DNA of 64,000 nucleotides from Pseudomonadota bacterium (GTDB lineage Bacteria > Pseudomonadota > Gammaproteobacteria > Burkholderiales > Burkholderiaceae_C), in contig JBDKFA010000352.1 of the NCBI GenBank assembly GCA_039798945.1, positions 6,262 to 70,261 of the forward strand, read 5' to 3'. Position 1 is the stretch's first letter. Each line of letters opens with the position of its first letter. Of this stretch, positions 37,970 through 46,603 are shown one piece after another. Position numbers and translations under genes: made by a program. The notes beneath the pieces were generated by a model. The model did not search any database and had not been told where the DNA came from. It saw only the letters and a list, made by a program, of their open reading frames with translations.

Positions 37970-38506
37970 ATGAGGATGCACAAGCAAGCGTTCACCGTGA
38001 CCCGCCTGACGCTGTGGCACTCGGTTGGGCACCTGGCGGCCTCGTTGGCCTTGGCGGCATCACCGCTGGCGGTGTGCGCCGCCCCGGCCGCGGCTCCCGC
38101 GGCCTCGGCGGGCGCCAAAGGCGGGACAAACGCCCCGCGCATGAGCGGCGCCGAGCAGGCTTGTCGCGCTGCCGATCACGACCACGACGGGTTCATCTCG
38201 CTGGCCGAATACCAGCGCGACGTCGCGCGCAGCTGGGCTGCACTCGGCCCCGACGCCACTGGCTACGTCAAGCTGGACGACCTGGCCGCCATCCCGGGGC
38301 TGCGCCGCAGCGTGCTGGAGCGGCTGCGCCAGGCCGACGCCGACGGCGACGGGCGGCTGTCGTTCAAGGAGGTGGTCGCCGCGCGCATGGCGCAGTTCGA
38401 CGCCGCCGACCTCGACCGCGACGACCGGCTGTCGATGAAGGAGTGCATCGACCACGAGCGCAAGCTCGGCGCCGAGCAGCGGGCGCAGCGCCGCGGGAAG
38501 TCCTGA
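37970..38506 (+). CDS. Exported EF-hand calcium-binding protein
   Basis: DHDHDGFISLAEY, DADGDGRLSFKE, DLDRDDRLSMKE and one degenerate hand; hydrophobic N-terminus; GGAG RBS. Confidence 0.85.
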   Translation: MRMHKQAFTVTRLTLWHSVGHLAASLALAASPLAVCAAPAAAPAASAGAKGGTNAPRMSGAEQACRAADHDHDGFISLAEYQRDVARSWAALGPDATGYVKLDDLAAIPGLRRSVLERLRQADADGDGRLSFKEVVAARMAQFDAADLDRDDRLSMKECIDHERKLGAEQRAQRRGKS

Positions 38507-38597
38507 CGCCCGGGCCGCCGCCCGGCAGGCTGCGGTGCCGCGGCAGCGGCAGCACGGGCGTCGTCGCGGGCCTGCCGTCCGGGCCGGCCCGCCGCGC

Positions 38598-39965
38598 CTA
38601 CTCGATGAAGAGCTTGACCAGCCCGCGCACCGACAACAGCTGTGCCGGCGTGGCGCGCTCTTCCAGCACCGCGGCCATGCGGTTGCGCAGCCGCTGGCTC
38701 TTGCGCGCACGCCGGATCAGCAGGTCGCCCAGCCACGGGTGGTGGTTCACGCGGTTGCCCCGCTCGTAGAGGTCGAACTTGGGCTTCAAGGCCTGCAGCC
38801 CCTGCGCGTACAGCGCGGCGAGCGCGTCCTCCGGCAGATCCTGCCTGCGCGCGGCCAGCAGCGCGTCCGCGGCCAGCAAGCCCGTCTCCATCGCCTTGCC
38901 GATGCCCTCGCCGGTGAAGGAGTAGGTGCTGCCCGCCGCCTCGCCCGTCACGAGGATGCCGGGTGCGGCCACCCGCGCGCCCTTGAGCGAGGTGCGCAGC
39001 GGCGCGCCCTTGAGCGGGGAGACGAAGGTGCCGCCGTCCATCAGCTCGCGCGCCGGCGCGTGCAGCTTGACGAACTCGTCGAAGACCTGGCGCAGGTTCA
39101 GGTCGCGCACCGTGCGCGCGCTGCTGCCGCGGCTGTCGATGATGCCCACGCCGATGTTGTAGACGTCGCCCGGGCACGGGAAGACCCAGCCGTAGCCGGG
39201 CTTGACGGGGCGGTACCAGGCCACCTCCAGGTGCGGGATGCGCGCGCGCAGGCCGGGGTGGTGCACGTAGCCGCGCAGCCCCATCGCGCTCGGCTCGCGC
39301 CGCTCGCACAGGCCCGAGGCCACGAGGCCCTGCGGCGAGGCGCCGGTGGCGATCACCACGTGTCGGGCCTGCACCTCGAGGATCTCCGCAGGCCCCGGGA
39401 CACCCTGAGCCGAGGCTGCCGACTCGGGCCCGGCGGCCACATCGGGGGTACCGTCGCCTGCCGCGTGCGCGGACGCCTCCCGCAAGGCCCGCAGGCGCAC
39501 GCCGCCCACCCGCTGGCTGTCGTCGCGCAGCACCCCCTCGAGCCGCCACGGCGTGGCCAGCCGGGCCCCGGCGCGCTGCGCCGCGCGCACGAGCAGATGG
39601 TCGAGTTCACGCCGCGGCAGCACCGCCAGCGTCCCGGGTACGTCCACCGACAGGCCGCTCGGGCCGAAGGCGCGCACGTGGGTGCACGGCTGCGCCTGGG
39701 CCAGCACCTCCTCGAGCACCCCCAGGCGGGCGAGTGCCGCGTGCGCGTCCGGGATCAGCCCGTCGCCACAGATCTTGTCGCGTGGAAAGTCGTGCTGGTC
39801 CACCAGCAGCACGTCCACGCCCGAGCGCGCGAGCTCGAGCGCGCAGGCGCTGCCGGCCGGGCCGGCGCCGACGACGAGCACGTCGCAGCTCGCCGGCAGC
39901 CCGCTCAAGGGCAGGCCGCGGGCGTCCGGGGGTGTGTTCCCGCGTGAACGATCGGTGTCAGGCAT
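38598..39965 (-). CDS. Geranylgeranyl reductase-family FAD-dependent oxidoreductase
   Basis: VVGAGPAGS, FPRDKICGDGL, GYGWVFP, GEAAG, GEGIGKAMETG. Confidence 0.85.
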   Translation of the reverse strand: MPDTDRSRGNTPPDARGLPLSGLPASCDVLVVGAGPAGSACALELARSGVDVLLVDQHDFPRDKICGDGLIPDAHAALARLGVLEEVLAQAQPCTHVRAFGPSGLSVDVPGTLAVLPRRELDHLLVRAAQRAGARLATPWRLEGVLRDDSQRVGGVRLRALREASAHAAGDGTPDVAAGPESAASAQGVPGPAEILEVQARHVVIATGASPQGLVASGLCERREPSAMGLRGYVHHPGLRARIPHLEVAWYRPVKPGYGWVFPCPGDVYNIGVGIIDSRGSSARTVRDLNLRQVFDEFVKLHAPARELMDGGTFVSPLKGAPLRTSLKGARVAAPGILVTGEAAGSTYSFTGEGIGKAMETGLLAADALLAARRQDLPEDALAALYAQGLQALKPKFDLYERGNRVNHHPWLGDLLIRRARKSQRLRNRMAAVLEERATPAQLLSVRGLVKLFIE

Positions 39966-40111
39966 GGTGGAGCGGGATTCTCGCAGCCTGCCGCCGCCCC
40001 TGTTCGCGGCGATGTCCGGGCCGCGCCGGACCGGCCTCCCGCCGCTGCCTTGACCTGCGTCAGGCCACCCCCCTGCCCGACCCGCCATCATGGGCCCACA
40101 GGAGGAAAGAC

Positions 40112-40543
40112 ATGTCGCACGCCCCGCAAGACACACCCCGCGCAAAGCCGGGCAGCCGCGCCGCCAGCACGCTCACGGCCGGCCAGCGCGCGCGGCTGGA
40201 AGCCGAGCTGCTCGCACGCATGCGCGCGCTCGACCAGCGCCTGGCGGAGCACCACCAAGGCGCCTCGCGCGCCGAACACGCGCACGAGTTGCTCGAGCAG
40301 GACGCCGACGACGCCTCGCAGCACGCGATGGACCGCGAGGTCGACCTCGGCCAGTCCGACCGCGAGATGCGCGAGCTCGACGCGCTCGGCCGCGCGCTGC
40401 GCCGCGTGCACGAGCCCGGCTACGGGCTGTGCGTCGCGTGCGAGGCCGAGATCCCCTTCGACCGGCTGAAGGCCGAGCCGCAGGCTGAACGCTGCGTGCC
40501 CTGCGAAGCCGCCCGCGAAACCCGCCAGGAGCTGATGAAATGA
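40112..40543 (+). CDS. TraR/DksA-family C4 zinc-finger protein
   Basis: Coiled coil followed by YGLCVACEAEIPFDRLKAEPQAERCVPC; GGAGGA RBS. Confidence 0.88.
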   Translation: MSHAPQDTPRAKPGSRAASTLTAGQRARLEAELLARMRALDQRLAEHHQGASRAEHAHELLEQDADDASQHAMDREVDLGQSDREMRELDALGRALRRVHEPGYGLCVACEAEIPFDRLKAEPQAERCVPCEAARETRQELMK

Positions 40544-40920
40544 CCCTCTTCCACGCCGTCGTCTGGCTCGACCACCACCAGGCCGAGATCCTGCAGTTCG
40601 ACCCCGAGCACGTGCAGGCCAGCAAGGTCAAGGCGCGCACGAACCACACCCGCACCCACGGCAATGGTGTGCGCACCGAGCACGAGTTCCACGCCCACGT
40701 GTGCGACGCGCTGCAGGGCGTGCCCGAGGTGCTCGTCACCGGCAGCAAGACCAGCCTGAAGGACTTCCAGCACCACGTGGACAAGCACCGCCCCGCGCTC
40801 GCCCCGCACATCTTCGGCTACGAGGTGGTGGACCACCCGAGCCAGCCGCAGCTCGTGGCGCTCGCCCGGCGCTTCTTCCTGAAGGCCGATCGCATGGCCG
40901 GCACGCCCACGCCGAGCTGA
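40540..40920 (+). CDS. Small eRF1/host-attachment-like protein (translational machinery protein family)
   Basis: HAVVWLDHHQAEI...EVLVTGS...VDHPSQPQLVALARRFF; ATGA overlap with the upstream gene. Confidence 0.7.
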   Translation: MTLFHAVVWLDHHQAEILQFDPEHVQASKVKARTNHTRTHGNGVRTEHEFHAHVCDALQGVPEVLVTGSKTSLKDFQHHVDKHRPALAPHIFGYEVVDHPSQPQLVALARRFFLKADRMAGTPTPS

Positions 40921-40921
40921 G

Positions 40922-40945
40922 CGGACTGTCGGACTGTCGGACTGT
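40922..40945 (+). repeat. 8-bp tandem repeat (cggactgt)x3 between convergent genes
   Basis: cggactgt cggactgt cggactgt. Confidence 0.75.
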
Positions 40946-40985
40946 TGGAATTTCGGCCGGGCTCACCCGCCGGGCTGGCCGGGTC

Positions 40986-42047
40986 TCAACGGCCCGCCAC
41001 CGCACCCGCTGCAGGTGGCGGCGGTGCGGTGCTGCCGCGCTGGACGATCTCGATCGGGTAGATCTGCAGCGCCTGGTGGGGCCGGCCTTCCAGCCGCGCC
41101 ACGAGCTGGTCGGCGGCGGCCCGGCCGATCTCGGTGATGGGCGTGCGGATGCTCGTCAGGCCCGGGGTCTGCGTGGCGCCCAGGTCGGTGTTGTCCACGC
41201 CGCTGATCGACACGTCCTCGGGGATGCGCACGCCCGCCTTGCGGCACGCCACCATCGCACCCACGGCGAAGACGTCGTTGGTGGCCACCACCGCCGTGGG
41301 CCGCTCGGGCAGCGCGAGCAGCCGACCCATCGCTTCTTCGGCCGCGGCCAGCGAGATGGGGGCGAACTGCACGCAGCGCGGGTGCAACTCGAGCCCCGCC
41401 TCGGCCAGCGCCGCGCGCACGCCGTCGCCGCGGGCGCGCGCGCGATCGTTGCCCGGCAGCGGCGCACTCAGCAGGCCAAAGCGCCGGTGGCCGAGCTCCA
41501 CCAGGTGGCGCGTGATGGCGTGCGTGGCCGCACGGTTGTCGAAGCCCACGCTCGGGTGCCGGCCCATCGGGTCCACACCCCAGGTGAGGACGTAGGGCCG
41601 CCCGTAGTCCTCCAGCAGCGAGAACAGCCGCTGCTCGTGGTCCAGGCCGACGAAGACGAAGGCGTCCACCCCGTGCTGCACGAGCTGAGCCGCCGTGCGC
41701 GTCTCGGCGGCGAGGTCGTAGTGGTGCTCGGCGAGCACGAGCGAGTAACCGTGCTCGTCCAGCCGCCGCTGCAGCGCGCTCGTGGTGCGCGCGTAGAGGG
41801 CGTAGTCGAAGGAGGGCACCACCGCCCCGACCATGCGGCTGCGGTGGCTGCGCAGGCTGCGCGCCGCGCCGTGGGGCACGTAGCGCAACTTCTCGGCCGC
41901 CTGGAGCACGCGCTCGCGCGTGGCCGGCTCCACCTGCTCGGGGCTGTTCAGGGCCCGCGACACGGTGGCCGTGGAGACGCCGGCCAGGCGCGCCACATCG
42001 CGTGCGGCGGTACGCGGCTTCGGGGGAACAGGGACCTGAGCGCTCAT
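40986..42047 (-). CDS. LacI-family transcriptional regulator
   Basis: TARDVARLAGVSTATVSRALN HTH, hinge AARSL, periplasmic-binding-like C-terminus. Confidence 0.95.
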   Translation of the reverse strand: MSAQVPVPPKPRTAARDVARLAGVSTATVSRALNSPEQVEPATRERVLQAAEKLRYVPHGAARSLRSHRSRMVGAVVPSFDYALYARTTSALQRRLDEHGYSLVLAEHHYDLAAETRTAAQLVQHGVDAFVFVGLDHEQRLFSLLEDYGRPYVLTWGVDPMGRHPSVGFDNRAATHAITRHLVELGHRRFGLLSAPLPGNDRARARGDGVRAALAEAGLELHPRCVQFAPISLAAAEEAMGRLLALPERPTAVVATNDVFAVGAMVACRKAGVRIPEDVSISGVDNTDLGATQTPGLTSIRTPITEIGRAAADQLVARLEGRPHQALQIYPIEIVQRGSTAPPPPAAGAVAGR

Positions 42048-42048
42048 G

Positions 42049-42062
42049 TGCAATCGATTACA
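42049..42062. promoter_or_regulatory. Putative LacI operator 1
   Basis: TGCAATCGATTACA, CG-centred near-palindrome immediately upstream of the LacI start. Confidence 0.65.
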
Positions 42063-42159
42063 TTTACCCTATTGGAACGAGGGTCAACGACCAGGGCAAT
42101 CACGGGTAATCCCTGAATTGTCAGGGTTTCCAGGGCTCAGGAGGGGTGGTAGATTGCCT

Positions 42160-42177
42160 GATGTTATCGATTACATC
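42160..42177. promoter_or_regulatory. Putative LacI operator 2
   Basis: GATGTTATCGATTACATC, palindromic except for one mismatched pair; same ATCGATTACA core; just upstream of the SBP RBS. Confidence 0.7.
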
Positions 42178-42191
42178 ATGAGGAGACAGCC

Positions 42192-43604
42192 ATGAGGGAT
42201 TCGAGCCACCACAGCACGCCGGGCGACGGCCCGGACGCCTCGCGCCGCACGCTGCTGCAGGGCGCGGCGGCCGCCGGCGCGCTGGCCGCCATGGCGCCGG
42301 GCGCGCTCGCCCAGGCCGACGACCTGGCCGCCTACCGCGGCGCCAAGCTGAACTGGCGCCAGGCCGAGGGCGAACAGATCACGGTGGCGGTGATCCCGGC
42401 GGGCTACTTCGAGAACCTCATCGGCCTGGTGCCGCAGTTCGAGGCGCTCACCGGCGTCAAGGTGCGCATGGAGAAGGTGCCGCCCGGGCAGATCCGCCAG
42501 AAGGCCATGCTCGACCTGTCCTCCAAGACTGCCACCTACGCCACCCACGCCGCCGACCCCATGTACTACCCGCTGTACGTGGCCAACAAGTGGGTCGAGC
42601 CGTTGGACCGCTTCCTGAACGACCCGTCGCTCACCGACGCGGCCTGGTTCAACTACAACGACATCCTCAAGGCCTGGCGCGACGCCGACAGCGTGGACGG
42701 CAAGCCCTACGGCATCCCCTTCGACGGCGAAGTCACGGTGCAGGTCTACCGCAAGGACCTCTACGACGCCAAGGGCCTGAAGCCCGCCGAGACCTACGAC
42801 CAGCTGCTGGCCAACGCCAAGGCCCTGCACGATCCGGCCAACCGCTTCTTCGGCCTGGCCATGCGCGGCTTCGCCGGGGCCGGCCAGAACATGTACATCT
42901 ACCCCTCGATCCTGCGCGGCTTCGGCGGCAACTGGTTCCAGGGCGGCAACCTCGTCGTGAATTCGCCGCAGGGCGTGGCGGCCCTCGACTGGTACGTGAA
43001 CGCGCTCACGCAGTACGCACCCCCGGCCGTGCGCAACTGGAACTGGCCCGACATCGCCGACGCGTTCTCGCAAGGCACGCTCGGCTGCTACCTCGACGCG
43101 CATTCGTCGGCCGCCGTCATCACCAACCCCGAGAAGTCCAAGGTCGTGGGCAAGATCGGCTACGCACGCTGGCCCAAGGGGCCCTCGGGCAAGGGCGTCA
43201 CCTCGATCTGGAACTGGGGCTTTCCGATCAACGCGGCGCTCAGCGAGAAGGCCAAGCGCGCCACCTGGCTCTTCATCAGCTGGGCCTGCTGCGCCGAGAC
43301 GCAGGCGCGCACCTCGTGGAAGTTCGCGGGGCCGGGCAAGCGCTCGGGCATCAACCGGGCCTCGCAGTGGAAGTCCGCGGAGTTCGCCGCCGCGATGAAG
43401 GACGCCGGGCACAACTTCATCCCGGCCGCACTGCAGTCGCTGGAGCTCGACACCGACGTCGAGTGGCGCCCGCGCGTGCCGCAGTGGCCGGCCGTGGGCG
43501 AGACGATGGCCACCGCCATCCAGGCCGCCCTCGTCGGCCAGAAGAAATCCAAGGAGGCGCTGGACGAGGCGCAGGCGCGCATTGCGCAGATCCTGAAGTC
43601 CTGA
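42192..43604 (+). CDS. Carbohydrate (CUT1) ABC transporter substrate-binding protein, Tat-exported
   Basis: SRRTLL twin-arginine signal; YGIPFDGE, VYRKDL, WGFPIN, RPRVPQW. Confidence 0.88.
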   Translation: MRDSSHHSTPGDGPDASRRTLLQGAAAAGALAAMAPGALAQADDLAAYRGAKLNWRQAEGEQITVAVIPAGYFENLIGLVPQFEALTGVKVRMEKVPPGQIRQKAMLDLSSKTATYATHAADPMYYPLYVANKWVEPLDRFLNDPSLTDAAWFNYNDILKAWRDADSVDGKPYGIPFDGEVTVQVYRKDLYDAKGLKPAETYDQLLANAKALHDPANRFFGLAMRGFAGAGQNMYIYPSILRGFGGNWFQGGNLVVNSPQGVAALDWYVNALTQYAPPAVRNWNWPDIADAFSQGTLGCYLDAHSSAAVITNPEKSKVVGKIGYARWPKGPSGKGVTSIWNWGFPINAALSEKAKRATWLFISWACCAETQARTSWKFAGPGKRSGINRASQWKSAEFAAAMKDAGHNFIPAALQSLELDTDVEWRPRVPQWPAVGETMATAIQAALVGQKKSKEALDEAQARIAQILKS

Positions 43605-43651
43605 GCGCCTGAGGTCTGCGCCGGGCCGGACGGCCTGGTCGCACCCTAACC

Positions 43652-44539
43652 GTGACTGCCCACGCCCCCACCCCCGAACAGCGCGAGCGGCGCTTTGCGC
43701 TCGCGCTGTTCGCGCCAGCCTTGGTGCTGCTGCTGGCGATCACGACGGCACCGCTCGTGTACCTGCTGTGGACGAGCCTGCAGAGGCTGGATCTCGGCAT
43801 GCCGTGGCTGTCGGGCTTCGCGGGGCTGGGCAACTACGCCAAGATGGGCAGCGACCCGCGCTTCTGGAACTCGCTGCTGCTCACCGTCGTCTACACCGGC
43901 TCCACCGTGGTGCTGCAGGTGCTGGTGGGGCTGTCGCTGGCGCTGCTCGTGCTGCAGATCCCGCGCGGGCAGGCGCTGCTGCGCATCGCGGCCATCCTGC
44001 CCATCGTGCTGGCACCCGTGGTGGTGGGCCTCTTCTGGCGCACGCTCGTGCTCGCCCCGGACGTGGGGCTGGTGGACCTCGTCACGCGCACGCTCGGGCT
44101 GGGCAGCCACAACTGGCTCGGTGACCCGCAGCTCGCGCTGATCTCGGTCATCGCGATCCACACCTGGCAGTGGACGCCCTTTGCCTTCCTCGTGCTGCTG
44201 GCCACCCTCGCCACGCTCCCGCCCGACCTCTACGAGGCGGCACGGCTGGACCGCGCCGGCGCCTGGCAGCGCTTCGTGCACATCACGCTGCCGCTGATCC
44301 GTCCGGCGGTGGTGATGGTCGTGATCCTGCGCACGATGACGGCGCTGTCAGCCTTCGCCGCGATCTTCGCGGCCACCGGCGGCGGGCCCGGCTCGGCCAC
44401 CGAGATCCTCAACCTGTACGCCTACCGCACCGCCTTCACCGAACTGAACCTCGGCTACGGCTCGGCGCTCGCGGTGGTGCTGCTGGCGGTGACGCTCGTC
44501 GTGTCTTGGCTGCTCTTCACGCGGCGGAAGGTGCCGTGA
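43652..44539 (+). CDS. Sugar ABC transporter permease
   Basis: WQWTPF, LYEAARLDRAG EAA loop, ITLPLIRP. Confidence 0.9.
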   Translation: MTAHAPTPEQRERRFALALFAPALVLLLAITTAPLVYLLWTSLQRLDLGMPWLSGFAGLGNYAKMGSDPRFWNSLLLTVVYTGSTVVLQVLVGLSLALLVLQIPRGQALLRIAAILPIVLAPVVVGLFWRTLVLAPDVGLVDLVTRTLGLGSHNWLGDPQLALISVIAIHTWQWTPFAFLVLLATLATLPPDLYEAARLDRAGAWQRFVHITLPLIRPAVVMVVILRTMTALSAFAAIFAATGGGPGSATEILNLYAYRTAFTELNLGYGSALAVVLLAVTLVVSWLLFTRRKVP

Positions 44540-45390
44540 GCGCCGGCGCGGGCTCCCCCCGGCTGCCGCGGCAGCTCGCTCTCTACACCGCAGCCGGGCT
44601 GCTGCTGTCGGTGTGGGCGTTTCCCGTGCTGTGGGCGCTGCTCACGTCCTTCAAGACCGAGCGCGACGTGCTCGCGTACCCGCCGCTCTTCATCTTCGAG
44701 CCCACGCTGGCCAACTACCGCGCCGTGCTGAGCGGGCCGAGCTCGATCCTGCCCAACCTTGTCTCGAGCCTCATCGTCGCCGGCGGCGCAACGCTGCTCA
44801 CGATGCTCTTCGCGATCCCCGCCGCCTACGCGCTCGCACGGCTGCGCTACCCCGGCAAGCGCGCCAGTGGCTTCTACGTGCTCGCCACGCAGATGCTGCC
44901 GCCCGTGGGCCTGGTGATCCCCTACTACCTGGCGTTGCAGAAGCTCGGTGCGCTCAACACCTACTGGGGCCTGATCCTGATCGACCTCACGTTCTCGCTG
45001 CCCTTTGCGATCTGGCTCATGGTGTCGTACTTCGAGGACGTGCCCCACGAGATGGAGGAAGCCGCGCTGCTGGACCGCGCCGGGCGGCTGCGCGCGCTGT
45101 GGCACGTGATCCTGCCGCAGGTCTCGGGCGGCATCGCGGTGACCACCATCTTCGTCTTCCTGAACGCCTGGAACGAGTTCCTCTTCGCCGTGGTGCTCGG
45201 CGGCAACGACGTGCGGCCGGTGACGGTGGCGATGTTCAACTTCATCTCGGTGGAGCAGACGCAGTGGGCGCGGCTGGCGGCCGCGGCGATGGTGGCGATG
45301 GCGCCCGTGATCGTGATCGGCCTGTTCGCGCAACGCCACATCGTCAAGGGCCTCACGGTGGGGGCGGTCAAGGGCGGGGGCAGGCGCTAG
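44536..45390 (+). CDS. Sugar ABC transporter permease
   Basis: EMEEAALLD EAA loop, AWNEFLFA; GTG overlaps the upstream stop. Confidence 0.9.
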   Translation: MSAGAGSPRLPRQLALYTAAGLLLSVWAFPVLWALLTSFKTERDVLAYPPLFIFEPTLANYRAVLSGPSSILPNLVSSLIVAGGATLLTMLFAIPAAYALARLRYPGKRASGFYVLATQMLPPVGLVIPYYLALQKLGALNTYWGLILIDLTFSLPFAIWLMVSYFEDVPHEMEEAALLDRAGRLRALWHVILPQVSGGIAVTTIFVFLNAWNEFLFAVVLGGNDVRPVTVAMFNFISVEQTQWARLAAAAMVAMAPVIVIGLFAQRHIVKGLTVGAVKGGGRR

Positions 45391-45471
45391 GCGCGGCGCC
45401 GCACGCCACGGGCGTGGCCGGCGCGATCGCACGCACCTCGACATTCAATTTCGGCAGGAACGGATCCAGGC

Positions 45472-46563
45472 ATGACACAGAAGGGGGCGGTGAGCCTGCG
45501 CGGGGTGGTCAAGCGGCACGGCAGCACCACCGTGCTGCATGGCGTGGACCTGGACATCGCCGCAGGCGAGTTCTTCGTGCTGCTCGGCCCGTCGGGCTCG
45601 GGCAAGACGACGACGCTGCGCATCCTGGCGGGCCTGGAGGCCGTGAGCGCCGGCCACGTGGCATTGGACGGCCAGGACGTGACGCACGCCGAGCCGGGCG
45701 AGCGCGACGTGGCGATGGTGTTCCAGAGCTACGCGCTCTACCCGCACATGACGGTGGCGCGCAACATCGGATTCCCGCTGAAGATGGTGGGCGTGCCCGA
45801 GGCCGAGGTCGCGCGCGCGGTGCAGGAAGCCGCCGCGCGCGTGAGCATCGCGCACCTGCTCGAGCGCCGCCCCGGGCAGCTCTCGGGCGGGCAGCAGCAG
45901 CGCGTGGCGCTGGCCCGCGCCATCGTGCGCCAGCCGCGGCTCTTCCTGCTCGACGAGCCGCTGTCCAACCTCGACGCCAAGCTGCGCACCGAAACACGGG
46001 TGGAGCTCAAGCGGCTGCAGCGCACGCTCGGTGTCACCACCGTCTACGTGACGCACGACCAGGAAGAGGCGATGACGCTGGCCGACCGGGTGGCCGTGTT
46101 CATGGAAGGCCGCATCGTGCAGGTCGGCCCGCCGCGCGAGATCTTCGGCCGCCCCGCTCACGTGAGCGTGGCCGGCTTCATCGGCACGCCGGCGATGAAC
46201 CTGCTCGACGCCACCTGGGAAGGCTCGGCCGTGCGTGTCGGCTCGAGCCCTTCACTGCCGGTGGCCGCTCACCACGCGGGCCCGCGCGAAGTCACCCTCG
46301 GCGTGCGCCCGAGCGAGCTGCGCCTGGCCGCGGGCAACGCACACGGCGAATACGGGCTGCCCGCCCGGGTCGAGCTCGTCGAGGAGCTCGGCGATGCCCG
46401 CATCGTGAACCTCACGCTCGCCTCGGGCGGCGCCGCCGGCCCGAGCCTGAAGATGAAGTGCGACAACACCGCGCCGCTGGCCGAGGGCCAGCGCGTGCGC
46501 GTGGAGTTCGCCCCCGAGCACGCCCACCTGTTCGACCGCGCCAGCGGCCTGCGGCTGGCCTGA
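45472..46563 (+). CDS. Sugar ABC transporter ATP-binding protein (MalK-like)
   Basis: GPSGSGKTT, FQSYALYPHM, LSGGQQQR, DEPLSNLD, TOBE tail. Confidence 0.93.
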   Translation: MTQKGAVSLRGVVKRHGSTTVLHGVDLDIAAGEFFVLLGPSGSGKTTTLRILAGLEAVSAGHVALDGQDVTHAEPGERDVAMVFQSYALYPHMTVARNIGFPLKMVGVPEAEVARAVQEAAARVSIAHLLERRPGQLSGGQQQRVALARAIVRQPRLFLLDEPLSNLDAKLRTETRVELKRLQRTLGVTTVYVTHDQEEAMTLADRVAVFMEGRIVQVGPPREIFGRPAHVSVAGFIGTPAMNLLDATWEGSAVRVGSSPSLPVAAHHAGPREVTLGVRPSELRLAAGNAHGEYGLPARVELVEELGDARIVNLTLASGGAAGPSLKMKCDNTAPLAEGQRVRVEFAPEHAHLFDRASGLRLA

Positions 46564-46603
46564 TGCGCCGATGCGCGCCTCCCGAAGGAAGGAAGACCCC
46601 ACC

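Noticed and set aside
40112-40543. Assigning the symbol dksA
   Set aside because: It lacks the canonical DxxDxA tip; treated as a paralogue.
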